From contig WELB01000001.1 of assembly GCA_009602725.1 (NCBI GenBank), positions 1,888,545 through 1,952,544 on the forward strand: 64,000 nucleotides of DNA. Direction: 5' to 3'. Below are positions 44,997 through 57,870 of the stretch, one piece after another. A model generated the notes under the pieces. That model was not told the DNA's origin. It saw nothing but the letters and a program-made list of their open reading frames with translations, and did not search any database. The number at the start of each line of letters is the position of its first letter. Positions within the stretch are counted from its first letter, which is position 1. Source of the DNA: Spirogloea muscicola. Lineage: Eukaryota. The translations under genes were made by a program, and so were the position numbers.

Positions 44997-45430
44997 GCAA
45001 TGCCGTCGCCGCCAAGCCAGGGCCAGGCGGACTGCCGGTCAACCACCGGAGCCACGCTGCCACGCGGCGAGCTCTCCGAGCGCGATACGGTCAGCGCTTG
45101 TCAATGGCTGGCGTGTTGGAAGGACCACGTCAGCGTCAGCTCATCCTGCCCACCCCCCCCCGGCACGCCGTCAGATGGAGGTCCAGCATCCGCCCGCTCG
45201 TGGCCGTTGGATGTCGCAAGGGTTTAGGCCGCCCCGAGCAGGTGCTGGGGTTTAGGGGCTGGGACCAGCATCTGCCATCCGCCCGCGCCTCTCGCCGCCT
45301 TCTCCGCCGCGCTCTCCGCCGCCGCCGCCTCTGCCGCCGCGGTCGCGCCGGAGCTTCCCGCGGCTACAGAGCGCCAGAGGCCCGAGTCCCTTCCCGGCTC
45401 CCGCCCGCAGCGCCCTCCGCAGCCGCCACC

Positions 45431-46864
45431 ATGGGGCGCATGCACAGCAAAGGGTACGTGCCCTCGACGGCGTCCCGCCTCGCCCCTGCCGTTGTCGGGC
45501 TGAGCCGCCAGACCTGGTCCCCGGGGCCGGACCCGCGCTGGGGAATGCCGGAGGCGGAGGGCGGTGCTCCCTGTCTGTCGGCGGCTGGCCCGACGACGGT
45601 GCTGCCGTGGGCCCAGCTCCTCGTCTTGGCGCCGGCCGCGCCGGCGTCCCTGTTGTGAGCGGGCTTTTCTCAGTCCCGGCCTCAGTTTGGCGCGCGCAGG
45701 AAGGGCATGTCCTCATCCGCGCTGCCTTACAAGCGCACCCCGCCCAGCTGGCTCAAGGCGCCGCAGCAGGAGGTCAGTCTGAGAGCTCCACATCCTGTCG
45801 AGGCCGCCGCCCTTGCAGATGCCACAGCACTCTCAGCTGGCTCGCGCTGCAGCTGCTGCCCCACGGTCTCCTCGCATGGATGGCCTCGTTTTCAGTCTTT
45901 CATATTGGTGTCACTGTGTCCTCTCAACAGACCGTGTAATGTCTTGGGGTTTTGTGTGCTCGGGTTTCTAATCCCGCCTGGGGTGTTTCTGGTCGGGCGA
46001 TGTGGTCGTTGCAAGGAGCGCTAGATCACATCAAGTGCGTGGCGCCTAACTGCTGTGCAGGTGGAGGACAACATCTGCAAGCTGGCCAAGAAGGGCTTAA
46101 CGCCCTCGCAGATTGGCGTCATTCTCCGAGATTCCCACGGCATTGCCCAAGTGAAGTCCGTGACGGGCAGCAAGATCCTGCGGATACTCAAGGGCCATGG
46201 TGCGACGCTCTTCCTTGGCGCTTACCTACCCATCAATTGCACTTCTCGCAGCACTGCATGCACATGGAGCCTTTGGGGGTTGGCCTCCGGTCACTGTTTG
46301 ACTGATTGCTGTACTCGTCTTCAGTCCTAGCCACCAGCATATGAGCAGTCGCCAATCACCTCTACTTTGCAATGTGAGCTGGTTAGGATCAGGCAAGTCC
46401 AGGACCTTTTGATACTGCCAGACCTGAAGCTGTGCGTTCCTTGCCTGTGCAGGCCTAGGTCCTGAGATCCCCGAGGACCTCTATCACCTCATCAAGAAGG
46501 CAGTGGCCGTCCGCAAGCACCTTGAACGCAATCGCAAGGACAAGGACTCTAAGTTTCGGCTCATCCTGATTGAGAGCCGCGTCCACCGGCTGGCACGCTA
46601 CTACAAGCGCACAAAGAAGCTCCCGCCGACCTGGAAATAGTCAGTATTCGACTTGACCCTATATCGAGGATTGTGCACTAGCCTGAGCTGCTGCTGTATA
46701 AGACGTGCAGTCCGATGCTGCAGCTTGAGCACTTCGTATGCTTCGCTGGTTCTGTGGTCAGCTACATTGCTTATATTGAATATGATTGTCAGCTGATGAA
46801 GTTGCTGTGATGCCCTGGGTGTCTGTGCAGTGAGTCTGCGACTGCTAGCACACTGGTTGCATAG
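45431..46864 (+). CDS. RPS13: 40S ribosomal protein S13 (uS15)
   Basis: '[54 protein letters not shown]|..[38 protein letters not shown]..|[10 protein letters not shown]'. Confidence 0.98.
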
Positions 46865-47748
46865 AGGAGCATCGCATCTCCTAGTTACTACAGAAGATTA
46901 GCTCCTTCAGGGGTGCAGAGGTTGGTTGCGGTACGCTGCTGAATTAGCAGATAGACTTTATCTTTCACTCACTCTGAAGAGTCCGCTGGTACAGGCAAGA
47001 GATTAGCATTGCACGCCTTACTCTTTGTGTCAGGCACTGACATGGAGACGTGCCCAGCGCTAGCAGGCCAGTCGGCCAGCTCCATGTATGGGCTTTGTTT
47101 GTTGACGTGGCTGTAAAGGGGTTCCGCCACATGTGCAGTCCCTCGGGTGTGCATGTGGCTTCTGGCAACAGCCATGCAGTTCCATGTCAAGCATGTCTTC
47201 TTGTCGCGCCTTGGAGGTCGATTGCGAGCCTGATATGAAGCGGCAGCAAGCCTGTAGCATCTTGTCATTGTCGAGCATGTGGGGCAGCGACAGGCTTCTA
47301 GACAGTATGGTGAGTAGGTCTGCAGCTGAAAAGGCTGGCATCGAGTGCCTGGGAAAAACCTGATGCGAAAGAGAAAGAAGCGCTGGGCCGACGAGCAACC
47401 GACGTAGGCTGCTGGAAACTGCGCTAGTCAGTGCAGTTGTGGCACTGGCAAGGTTCTGCCTGTGGTAGCTCGCATGTGGTGGCTCGATCAAGTAGCTCAT
47501 GTGAGGAAAGCGTGGTTGCAGTGAGTGGTGTGCGAAGTCGGCGCTGCACCGTCAATCACATCTCGCTGCGCTCCAGGGCAAGATCGCAGGTCGGCTTGTG
47601 CAATTGGCAGCTGTGGGATCATGCTGTGAGCACGTCAATGGTGCTGCCTGCACTTGCAGCAGCTACTGTCCTGCAGCGGCAGCTGAGGTAGAGCGGCGGC
47701 GGAAGCCCCGGATTGGTGGCCCGCAGAGGGTGGCGCTCGTAGTGCGCG

Positions 47749-47901
47749 TCAGGGCTCCACGGCGTTCTTGACGAAGGCGTAGGCCGAGAGGCAGGCGGCG
47801 AGCGCCGCCAGCAGGCAGGCGAAGCAGCAGCATGAGAGGCCGGCCACGCCGACGTCGCAGAGGAAGAGCAGCAGCCCCACCGCCGCGCGCCAGAGCGACA
47901 T
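47749..47901 (-). CDS. Candidate 50-aa hydrophobic Cys-rich microprotein
   Basis: MSLWRAAVGLLLFLCDVGVAGLSCCCFACLLAALAACLSAYAFVKNAVEP; 49 of 50 codons end in G/C; GC-rich leader; divergent from TAF11. Confidence 0.55.
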   Translation of the reverse strand: MSLWRAAVGLLLFLCDVGVAGLSCCCFACLLAALAACLSAYAFVKNAVEP

Positions 47902-48249
47902 CGGCGCCGCCGCCGCGGCGCGGCTCCGCGGCGGCGGCACGGAGGCCGGGGGGCGGCGCTGCGGACTCGAGCCGAGCGACGTGCGAGAGAGACTCCTGCA
48001 GCAGTGGGCGATGGCTGTGATCGGCCAGCCCAAGAAAAGGATGAACTACGAAAGGGGCCAGAAATGCGCTAAAGCACACGGCGACTGAAAGTGGCCACTG
48101 GGTGCTCAGTGCTCCAATTTGAGCAGCCGCAGGTCAGAGAAGAAGAAGCGCGGCCAGAGAAACAGTGCACAGCTCCAGTAGCACAGCGGCACATTCCTGG
48201 CCGTGTCCCCGGCGCCGACGGCTGCCTCTGCCTCTGGCGGCCGCGCCTT

Positions 48250-48290
<41 letters not shown>

Positions 48291-48297
48291 TGAGTGA

Positions 48298-49319
48298 ATG
48301 TGGNGGACGGCGGCGACCACGGCGGCGCGCCGCCGGAGGACCCGGCGGCGGCGGCGGCGGCGGCGGAGGACGGCGACGAGGGCGAGCAGCCGGACGCCGA
48401 GGAGCTGCACAAGGTCCAGACCATGGACCCCGCGCGCATGCAGTAAGACCCGCCCGCTCCTCCCGACGCCCCAGTCCCACACTTAATCACACCCTTAACC
48501 TTAAAACCGTGAATCCCTAAACCACGTCTCAGCAGCTATCAGATTCAGCTTTGCTGTGCTGCGGAGCCGACAGCCGGCCGCCGCGCTCAGACTCCTCACG
48601 TTTGCCGCGAGGCGCCGCGGTGGTCCACAGGGCGGTGCTGTCCAAGTTCACGCCCGAGCAGATGAACCGGTACGAGTGCTTCCGGCGGTCCGGATTCCAG
48701 CGCACCAACATGAAGCGGGTGAGGGCAGCGCTTCTTACCTCGATGATGCCGCCCAGCTCTGCAGCTTCACTGGGCATAGAGGAATGCATTGAGATGTGTC
48801 TGGTATCGTAGCTAGCACATTGGATGAGGCAGCTGCAGCCTTCCTTTCGACAAGCTCGCTGACGTGCTGCTTGCATGTGATCACACCTGGTGCTGCAGCT
48901 GGTGCAGGCTGTCGCCGGAACCAATGTCAACCTCCAGGTTGCAATTGTCATGTCTGGCATTGCAAAGATGTTTGTGGGCGAGCTGGTGGAGACAGGTCAG
49001 ACCCTCCAATATGGCACATACATGCCCTGACGCTGTAAAGCTATTCTGCCATTCCGTCTTTTGAGGATATTATAATCGTGAGCCACATTGGAGGACTTAT
49101 CCAGCCATCCGCTTCTATGTATCCCAAAGGCAACACACTTGCTCAATTCCTTAACCGCTTCTTACATTGTTTGCTTTCTGAGCTGACACAGGGCGGATTG
49201 TGATGAGTGAGAGAGGCGAGTCAGGCCCCATACGGCCTTGCCACATACGGGAAGCATACCGCAGGCTGCGGTGCAGTGGCAAGATGCCTGCCCGTGGGAG
49301 GCCCTTCCTCTTCCATTAG
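48298..49319 (+). CDS. TAF11: TFIID subunit TAF11; start uncertain (single n at 48304)
   Basis: 'RMQAVLSKFTPEQMNRYECFRRSGF', 'AIVMSGIAKMFVGELVET', 'GPIRPCHIREAYRRL'. Confidence 0.93.
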
Positions 49320-50048
49320 TTGTCAAATCGACCCTCCTCTGCTTATCAGAGTAAACCATGCTGATGCTGACAGGAGCTCAAGTCTCAAAATTTGGCTAAT
49401 TGAATTACGGATAAGGTGAACCGTCATACTTTTATGACGAAGCTGTCGCTCTTCTCCTTTTTGTATATAGACAAGTCTTTCTATTGTAGGATTCTCGCAA
49501 GTAGTCAATGTATGCAGAAAGATGGCAGGTCTTCACACGCATGCCACACAGCCTCAATTCTACACATAACAGTCAGACTGGGAAAACTGCGATTGCTATT
49601 GATCCTATTTTAAATTAGAAAAGGATCAATACTCAAGTATGGCTGCTATAGCAGACTTCTGTTCAGCTCAAACAATCTCACTTCTAAAGGGGTGCCTGGG
49701 TTGCATTGTGTGCTCCAGGTCCGCAAGTCAGCCTGCCCAGTAAGCAACAGCTCTCCTACCAAATGGAGCACATTACTACTGCCCAGATTTGCACAAGCTA
49801 TGAAGGACCACATTGATGGCAAGGGCGTGAGCAAACAGCACGATTTGCTTGAGGATATAGAGAGCCTGCAAATTACTGAACTGTGTTTTCGGGATATGCA
49901 AGTGAGGGTGTCTTAACCTCAGGTGATGGGAACATATTTACACCACTTGTTGTGCAGCCTGCCTGTTTCTCGTGTAGGCTAGTTTGTAAGAATCTGACGT
50001 ACTAAAAGAGGTGGTGGACAGAAGCTAGAGCATGGCCTTGTGAGGACC

Positions 50049-52201
50049 TCATTCTGGATGATCGTCGCTATCGATCGAGAGTGCAAATGTTCCCACTTTC
50101 ACCAGGAAAGGTTCAGAGAGGCTGTCATTAATGTACACCATCTCATACTCTCCACTCTGTGATCAGGCACACAAAAGATATGCTGCAAAACGGTGAGAGG
50201 ATGAGGCAGCTGACCAATGAGTGGCATGTATCAGCATTTCTTGGCAGTACTTTACATTGCAATGAAGATGGCATCACGACACCAAATTTCGGGGCAGCCA
50301 GTGCCATCAGGGCACGGCGTGCACCGAAAGTGCTTGCTGCATCTATAACCTGATGTCATCACAGATGGTGCACGTCATCACTACACAGCATGTAATCCTC
50401 ATCTTTGATATCCCACATCTACTTGTTAAGTTGTTGTGAGCAGATCACAAGGTCGTAGCAGAGCTGGACCTACCATTGTGCCCGATGCTGTACGCAGCGG
50501 GCATGCAGATGTGTACTCAAAGCTGCTACCAGGTGGCAATATCGGTTGCTCTCCAATAACTCCAGGTCCTCTGAAATATGGTCACATTGGGAAGGTCAAG
50601 TTAGCTCGCGCAAGGCAACAAGCTTATGAATCTCATTAGCTCACGCAAGGCAACAAGCTTATGCAGACATATGCTTATTGCAGTACATCATAGCTGCTTA
50701 GTGCCTCTGCCTTGAATAGGCTACAGAAACTGCAGAGCGCGCCTTGTTGCGGCGAGGTTGTCATTGGTGATCACATGAAAGTAAAGCCCTGAGACGCTAG
50801 ATCATACCTGACCTCTTCTGTGTGACCAGTGGCATCAGCAATCATCCAGTGCCGATTGATGAGCTGTACAGTAGTGCTGCCCTCATTGCTGATGCGGATG
50901 CGGTATGCGAAAAAGAACTGCTGCCGCGAAGGTTGGCTGCGGTCTTTCACATACACACTTCTCACCCTGACTCGTACCCCCTGCAGAGGGCACCAAATAG
51001 AGCAAGCGCAAATCAGCATGACAAATTTGTATGCAGAACCCAGAGACACCAAGGCACCAAGAAACAGACCATTCATAAGACATTGCGTTCTTTGAGCTAC
51101 AACGTGCTCGCTTGTGTGCTACATGACACCTGGAAACACAAGTTCGCACTCAGCATGCGCTCAAACGGCAGCTGTTGGAGAAGCTCCTGGTAAGGTTGAA
51201 AGAACAGTAGGGTACTTCACCTGCGTTGTGCAGTCGCTGAAGGATTTTAGCTCACTTTCCTCAATCAAAGCATCAGCATGAAGTGGAGCTAAACGCTTCA
51301 ACTCATCTCTGCACATGGCCGCCTCCTGTTTGCAAGATCCACCCCACAAGGCGTGACGGACGTCAATGCTCCACATCTAGTGACCCTTGCCATTGCTGAG
51401 TAGGCCAGAGCTTCTCAAGGGCATGGTAAGGATGGCCAATCAAGGAAGGATGCAATGCTGGCTGGGAATTGAGAGAGAGTCTTCATCTAGAAGAAAGAAC
51501 TGTCATATAACCTGCTCTTAGATAAGTACCTACAGTAGAGAAAATGGGAACCAACCTCGTACTTCTCCTCAGCAATGGCTGCCTGCAGCATTTTCTTCAC
51601 AAGCAGAAGAGGGTCATGCTCCTCCAAGGACTTCATGACATCTCTGATCTTTGCTGCCTCCGTGTAGTTCTGCCAAGTGTGACAAACAGCTGTCATGATT
51701 GGGGCACTGGCTGCAAGCTCCACAATGTGAGCTGGAGACCGCTGGACAAAAAGGGCTGATGATTGTGCGCCCAAAGACCACCTAAGCTGGCCTACTAGCA
51801 CCACCGACAGTACAGGATGCACATGCATTGCCGGCAAGCCTTCACAAGCAACCCACTGTCAGGCTGTGGCAAAGCGAGGCCAGGCTCCTCTAGGCCTCAG
51901 CTTGCACAGGCAAGAGGAGGGGGAGAAGACGTTCACCTCCAGCAGCGTCGCGTCCCTGAGCTGTTCCTGTAACCTCTTCAGCATCGCGCTCGCGGAGAGG
52001 CTGACCGCCTCATCCCCATCAGAGGCGCCCCCAGCAAGCCCGTGCTTGGCCACAGTGCGCCTCCTGCCGTCACCGCCCTCCAGCTCGGCGCAGCAGGCCC
52101 CGGCGCGCCGCTTCGCAGCGGCGCTCGGGGCCGGCAGCGGCTTCGGGCGCCACGAGGCCCTCATCCGGGCCTCCGCCGGCCGAGGCGCCAGGCTCCGGCC
52201 A
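50049..52201 (-). CDS. UVR-repeat + ApaG domain protein, probably plastid-targeted; start in N-gap
   Basis: Two UVR-like motifs '[11 protein letters not shown]' and '[13 protein letters not shown]'; ApaG '[60 protein letters not shown]'. Confidence 0.9.
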
Positions 52202-52546
52202 NNNNNNNNNNNNNNNNNNNNNNNNNNNNNNNNNNNNNNNNNNNNNNNNNNNNNNNNNNNNNNNNNNNNNNNNNNNNNNNNNNNNNNNNNNNNNNNNNNN
52301 NNNNNNNNNNNNNNNNNNNNNNNNNNNNNNNNNNNNNNNNNNNNNNNNNNNNNNNNNNNNNNNCGGCGCCGGCGGACGCGCCGCGTGCGGCGCCGGCAGA
52401 TGCGGCGCGCGGCGGGGCCGGGGCGGCGGACGACGCTGCCGTGAAGTTAGCGGCAAGAGGAGGATAACGCGGCTGCTGATAGTGGAAGGGCGGCCGTGAA
52501 CGCCAGCCAGGTGCATACGGAGAAGGGTGTTCGTTACTATTAAGGG

Positions 52547-53363
52547 GAAAGAAGAATGAGCTCGCCCATAGAAGAGAGGGGCTGGCAGAAGCCAGCCAAA
52601 AAAGAATGGACAAAATCCAAAGAGCTACAGGAGAAACACTCAGTACCCTCTGCTAAGGGGGAAGCGCGGCCAGATTGACTGGTGGCTGGGAAAGGCCAGC
52701 CCAAAAGAATGGACAAAGTCTGAGGGAGCCTGAGTGCGAACGACTAGGACTAAGACATCAGCCAGGGAACGCTCAGTAACCTCTAGACAGGAGATGCAGG
52801 TCCGAGAAGCTAGCTGGCGGAAAGACGTCGCCCCGACGGAAGCCGGAGGCCGCCGCCAAAGCTCGGCCTGCGCGCAAGTGAACCGCGAAGGCGAGGGACC
52901 GCTGCATCGAGACGGCCAAACGCATACGGAAAACCTGAGGGCGAGGGACCCGGCTACGTTGAAGCCGGGCTGCTCGCCCTGCTGCCCGAGGCGGCGGGCC
53001 GCTGCACGCCGCGCCAGGCGGTGGAGCAAGTCAAGCCATTTGGAGCCAAAGGCTCCGTGCACTTGCTAAGCAGCCGCAGGTCGGAGATGCTAGGCTCGTT
53101 GAAGTGGGTCCCCTGGCCAGAGCCAGAGGCAGCAGCGAGGGCTCTGCCGGCACGAAGGTGCAACGCCCGGGCCATAGACCTCTGCAGCGAGACGGCCAGG
53201 CGGAAAGCTCTCTATTAGCATCTCCGACCTGCGGCTGCTTAGCAGAGGTTACTGAGTGATTCTCCTGTAGCTCTTTCTTCCTGGCCCCCTTCTCGTCCTT
53301 CGTTCATTCTTTTTTGGGCTGGCTTTTCCAGCCCCTATTCTCAATGGGCGAGCACTTCCTCTC
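52547..53363. mobile_element. Non-autonomous Mutator-like (MULE/MITE) element with long TIRs, 9-bp TSD and a nested insertion
   Basis: TSD tattaaggg at 52538-52546 and 53364-53372; left TIR 52547-52657 plus 53071-53092 is the imperfect reverse complement of 53216-53363; tgctaag duplicated around inner segment 52658-53063. Confidence 0.75.
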
Positions 53364-54585
53364 TATTAAGGGGGGTGGATCTGCTGGTGTCGGGGTAGAG
53401 CGCCGCGCGGAAGGAGAAGCTCTCGCGTGAGGGAAAGGGTGTCCCAGTTTTGGGGTGACGGTGGAAGTCTTGTACAAATTCAATGCAGTACACCAAACCT
53501 TTGAAGCTAGCTGGAGAGCTTATAATTTGCTTCATAGTATGCAATTTGTATCAGTTTGTAGTCAGCAGTAGCCAAGTAAGGCATAAGCAACACAGGTGAG
53601 CACGACAATAACTTGTTACATCACCTGCTGCTAAAACGACCCGCCTAGTAACCACGGATCAGCGAATAGAGGATCGATGCCCGACTACCGGACAGCAACT
53701 CTACGAGCCCTTGGCACCCAAAAACTTGTCCAGCATCTTCTTGATGCAAAGCACAAGCTGATCTCACTGCATTTAAAGCTTTCTCAAGAGGGGGCGATGG
53801 CTGTGAATCAGCCCAGAAAAGCATTAATAAGGTCCGAGAAGATCGGGAAACGCCGCATCACCAGCTATGCAAGCTGCTACAATGAATGGGTGCTCAGTAA
53901 CCCTTAGTCAGCAGCCACAAGTCAGAGTAGCTTGCAGCCGAAAAAATGTCACCGCGATGGAGGCTGACACCTGACGGCCAAGAACGCCGTATTTGCCACC
54001 CGCAAGACCATCGCAGCCGGGAGCACATCTTCATGTCGTGCATGTTTTAGATCAGTATCAATCTCGAGGAGGACATGGAAACGGAGACCTATGCAAACAG
54101 AATTGTCGACTGCTGCTATTGGCGGAGGAGGCAGGCTCTGCCACGCACAAAGGCGGCTGGCACCTAGCGAAGTACGGTGATCACCCTGATGGAGACGACT
54201 ATTGTCACGCTTGCGGTCGACTTCCACGGGCTGTTTCGGGACCCACTGGCTCGACCCACTCTAGCAGCTCTTGTATCATGTTGTGACCCGCCGACAAGGG
54301 CAACAGAGCCAGCAGCCCAGCTTCCACGCCATCAGGTCGCTCTCTCAGGTGTACAGAATGCGCATTGTCATTGCTCCATAGTGTTCCTTGGAAATTGCCG
54401 TGTCCTCACAACAGGCGCCTTGGCCGCTGCCTCCCGCTTCGACAGGGCGATTTTCCACCTTCTACGTTCTCCAATCCGCGTATGTTGAAAATTTTGTTAA
54501 ACACAATTAAATCAATGAGCAGATGTTTGCAGTATGTCATGGAGAGGAGCTTCGTGAAATTACTGCCCTTTAGCCAATCCCTTTC

Positions 54586-54752
54586 TAAGTTGTCCACGCC
54601 TTTTGGGCTGACCTCTCACAGCCATCGCCTTGCTTTGAAAGAGTCAACTGCAATCAAGGCACAAGGTCTTCTACCTCTTTCCAAAGACCTTGACCATGCC
54701 TTTGGGCTGGCCTCTCCCAGCTACCAGTCAATCTGGCCGCGCTTGCTATCCA
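54586..54752 (+). repeat. Further copies of the dispersed TIR-family modules
   Basis: gaccttgaccatgcctttgggctggcctctcccagctaccagtcaatctggccgcgcttgct matches ~33986-34047 and 35296-35354. Confidence 0.8.
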
Positions 54753-55772
54753 AAGCCGATGTCAATGCCTATCCCAATGAAGGTTGAGCAAGATCAGCGG
54801 TAGAAGGTGGACACCATATACCACCCAGGAAAGCAAGGCAATGTGGCTTGATTAGCCCGCCATTTTTCCCGCATGTACTTGGTGGCTTGCATACTTCGCC
54901 AACAGTGCTGACTGGGATGGCGCAGGGTTATATAGTCACAATGTCTGCAAGATTTCTGTAACTATGAGTGGGTTTGTCAGGTAAACTCTAGGGACGACGT
55001 TATCAATCAGAAGGAGCAGCCTTTCAAAAGTAGGTGAGCAGTAAATGCTCTACGTCACAAGAGAACGACAAGAGAAAGAGAGGTGCAGAGCTGTAAACTT
55101 GTTCAACAAACATAGCTAAAAGTTAAGGGATTACTCAGAGATAAAGAAAAATAATTGGCAGATACAAAACTGTGGCCAACGTACTATTTAACACACAGAA
55201 GTGTCTGTACTGCATGCAGCACGCATTAGTCAATACTATACTTCTGCTTGAGTCTTATCAGCTTGACTTTTTGTAGTGTTCTTATGTATCAGAAAATTTT
55301 CAAGAAACTGCATATTTGCAAGTATGATGATTAAGTACGTTCCAATATGTTCATGGGTATGCAGATTAGTATACACCCTTGGGTTTAGACGATCACATCA
55401 GTTTATTTTGTACTGTGTGCGCTTTTGAAATTTATAATACAGCCTGAACTCAGTTCAATTTCAAACTTAGTCTTCCTTGGTAGAACTTGGAATACATAAA
55501 ACACAAATCCTGACCAACAACTTAATTCGAAGGTCCTACTTCATACTGGTATCTGAGATAATTAGAAGCCAGTATTTGATTAGAAAAGGTGAACAAAAGT
55601 TGTTCATGACATTGATAGCTCATGCAACAACTCAAACAACCAACCCCTTTCCTCCTGAGCTAAAGCGAGCTGCAGGAGTTTTTCCAACTGAGATTGTCCG
55701 ACCGCAATTTAGCTCGAGTTATTCCTAAACAATCGCCTGCTAGTGCACTCCGCACTCAGTGTATGATACATT

Positions 55773-57323
55773 CTAGAAAAAAGAGTGCCCAGTCGCCTGC
55801 TCGAAGATGAGCAGACCGGCAAAACCAATCATGGCCAGACGACCATTCCACCTCTCAGCCTTCGCGTTGAATGGGCCATTGCTGCGGGGAGATGATATTC
55901 AGAAAATGGGTCAGTAAGTGCGTGACCTGTAGCAACAAGCATCAAGTAGCTTCTATAACTCCCCTTTCACATACTGCCAGGGAATATCCATCCTGCATTT
56001 GAACACTGCTAATATGACCTTGTCAGGCGATACTAAGTTGCTATCTTCTCAAGAAAGAAATCAGTGACTCTCACCTGCGACTATCCGGGCTCTCGGCCTT
56101 GAGAAGGGGAACCAGAGATGACCAGAAGACCACCTGCGCAGCACCAATGAGCCAGTACAGGCCAGTGTTGTTTGATCCAGCAACTTGCTGGAGAATGGGC
56201 TGGTGTGGGCTGGTCACCAACTCAGCGACGGCGGCCCAGGCACAGCCAAGCATGGCCTGTTCAGATGTGACGAACACACACTTAGTCAGCAACAGATTTG
56301 ACATACAACAAGTTAGAAATTTGCTGTCTACTACGAAAGAGATTGGTACATTGTGCAGCACTCCGAGGTGGCTGTGTCATGTGCCACTAGTATGCCACTA
56401 GACTGGCGAAAACAGTGCCTCTTAAGAAAGTTTATAAGAATATCAGTGCAGCGCACAATGGAAACCTTAAGCTGCCCAACTCTTGCATAGTGTAAATGGA
56501 GAGCTGAGAGCGGACTACTGCTTCAGAAAAGTGAGTGCTGACAGGCGAGCAGGCAAAGACAGTTCAGTACCAGACGTCCATTGATGGTCTCAGGAGCAGG
56601 CCCATCAAAAGCCATCAAGCTGCCAAAGGACCTGTCTCCTGTCTCAGGCCTGCGCTCCAACTCTGGTCGAGGGATGGTGGTTCCAGCGGCGGGGACAGTT
56701 CCAACAACTGACTGCTTCTCAGAACCAGGACCACCCTGCTTGTCTTGGTTGGCCTTGACACTCTCGGGAGTGATGTTGACCTTGGTGCTGTCAATAGCGT
56801 CCTTCACCTGAAGCTCGCAGAACTCTATATCAGCTCGGTTTTGCCAGATCTTTGACCAAAATTCTATTTAAGAGTGCAATTGTCTGCTCTTGGCATCAAG
56901 GTTCAGATCGTAGATATAAGAGCTGGCTTATGTAGGCGATCAGATCGTTGAAGAGGCCAATACTGGTAATACATCGGAGGAATCAGTCTTACCGCATCAA
57001 GAGGTGAACGCTGAGCACGGACCATCACAGTGGCTTGGCGCTGCTCAGAGATGATAGGAACGTTGGTCCTAAGGGGAGCTCCCATGACAGTAGAGCTGCA
57101 ATTGAGCACAAACACAGCCTTGTTCACATCCAGGTAGACTGGCTCGCAGACACAGCTCAACATAGTTGATTTGGAGAGGTCAAGGCCTGAAAGGAAAGCA
57201 ACACCACATCAATGGCTGTCATGGTGACTACCTGGAGAAGGAGCTGGCACTTGCAGCCGGGCGGGCAGCGAGGGTCACATGACCCAGGCCCGCGACAGCG
57301 CTCATGGCGCAGGTGGCTGCCAT
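55773..57323 (-). CDS. ELIP: ELIP / LHC-like protein, copy 1
   Basis: Transit-peptide-like start 'MAATCAMSAVAG', 'AFDGPAPETINGRLAMLG', 'NGPFNAKAERWNGRLAMIGFAGLLIFE'. Confidence 0.9.
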
Positions 57324-57461
57324 TGTCGGGAGACTGAGGAGCACAGAGGTGTGGATCGAAGCGAGCGGAGCAGCGGGAGACGCAGGTGGAGCGGCAGGGG
57401 CAGGCAAGGTAGCAAGTGAGTCTAGTTGGAGAATGGAGTCTAGTGGAGAATGCAGGCTTGG

Positions 57462-57870
57462 TTATAAGGGACGGTGTTTTGGAGTGGGGGGAAAGCGAGG
57501 CGAAGCGAATGTGGGAGGGTGGAACTGTTCATGCTAAGTGGCCACTTGCGGGGCCCAGTTCCCAGGAGCCAGGAGGCAGCTGCAACCCCGGGGGGGGGGG
57601 GGGTGGACACGATACGTGGTGGCCCCGAAGCCGGCGGGCCGAACCAGGCGTACGTGGCGGGATGCTGGCCAACGTGGCCAAGTCCACCAATGACCTTCAT
57701 CCACGACCATCTACGTCCGCCATGCTGGGAGCAGGCCCGCGCCGCGTGCGGCGTCCCACGTGGCGAGAGCTGCTTCCAGATGGCTGCCCGTGATGCGGCC
57801 GCGACAGTGCGTGCGCCCCTAGAAGCTACCCACGTGGCGGGTCGCCATAGGAGGCCCCCACACACCACGT
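57462..57870 (-). promoter_or_regulatory. ELIP copy 1 promoter: TATA-like box and ABRE/G-box cluster
   Basis: TATAA on minus strand ~57462-57466; ACGTGGC at 57652, 57672, 57758 and 57832; ACGTGG at 57614 and (minus) 57865. Confidence 0.7.

Noticed and set aside
45455..46830. Intronic snoRNAs in RPS13 (a U14 host gene in vertebrates)
   Set aside because: No convincing C-box/D-box pair with terminal stem was seen; an Infernal search would be needed.
53400..54580. Possible transposase or gene remnant
   Set aside because: Short ORFs with no recognisable DDE, RT or other motif.
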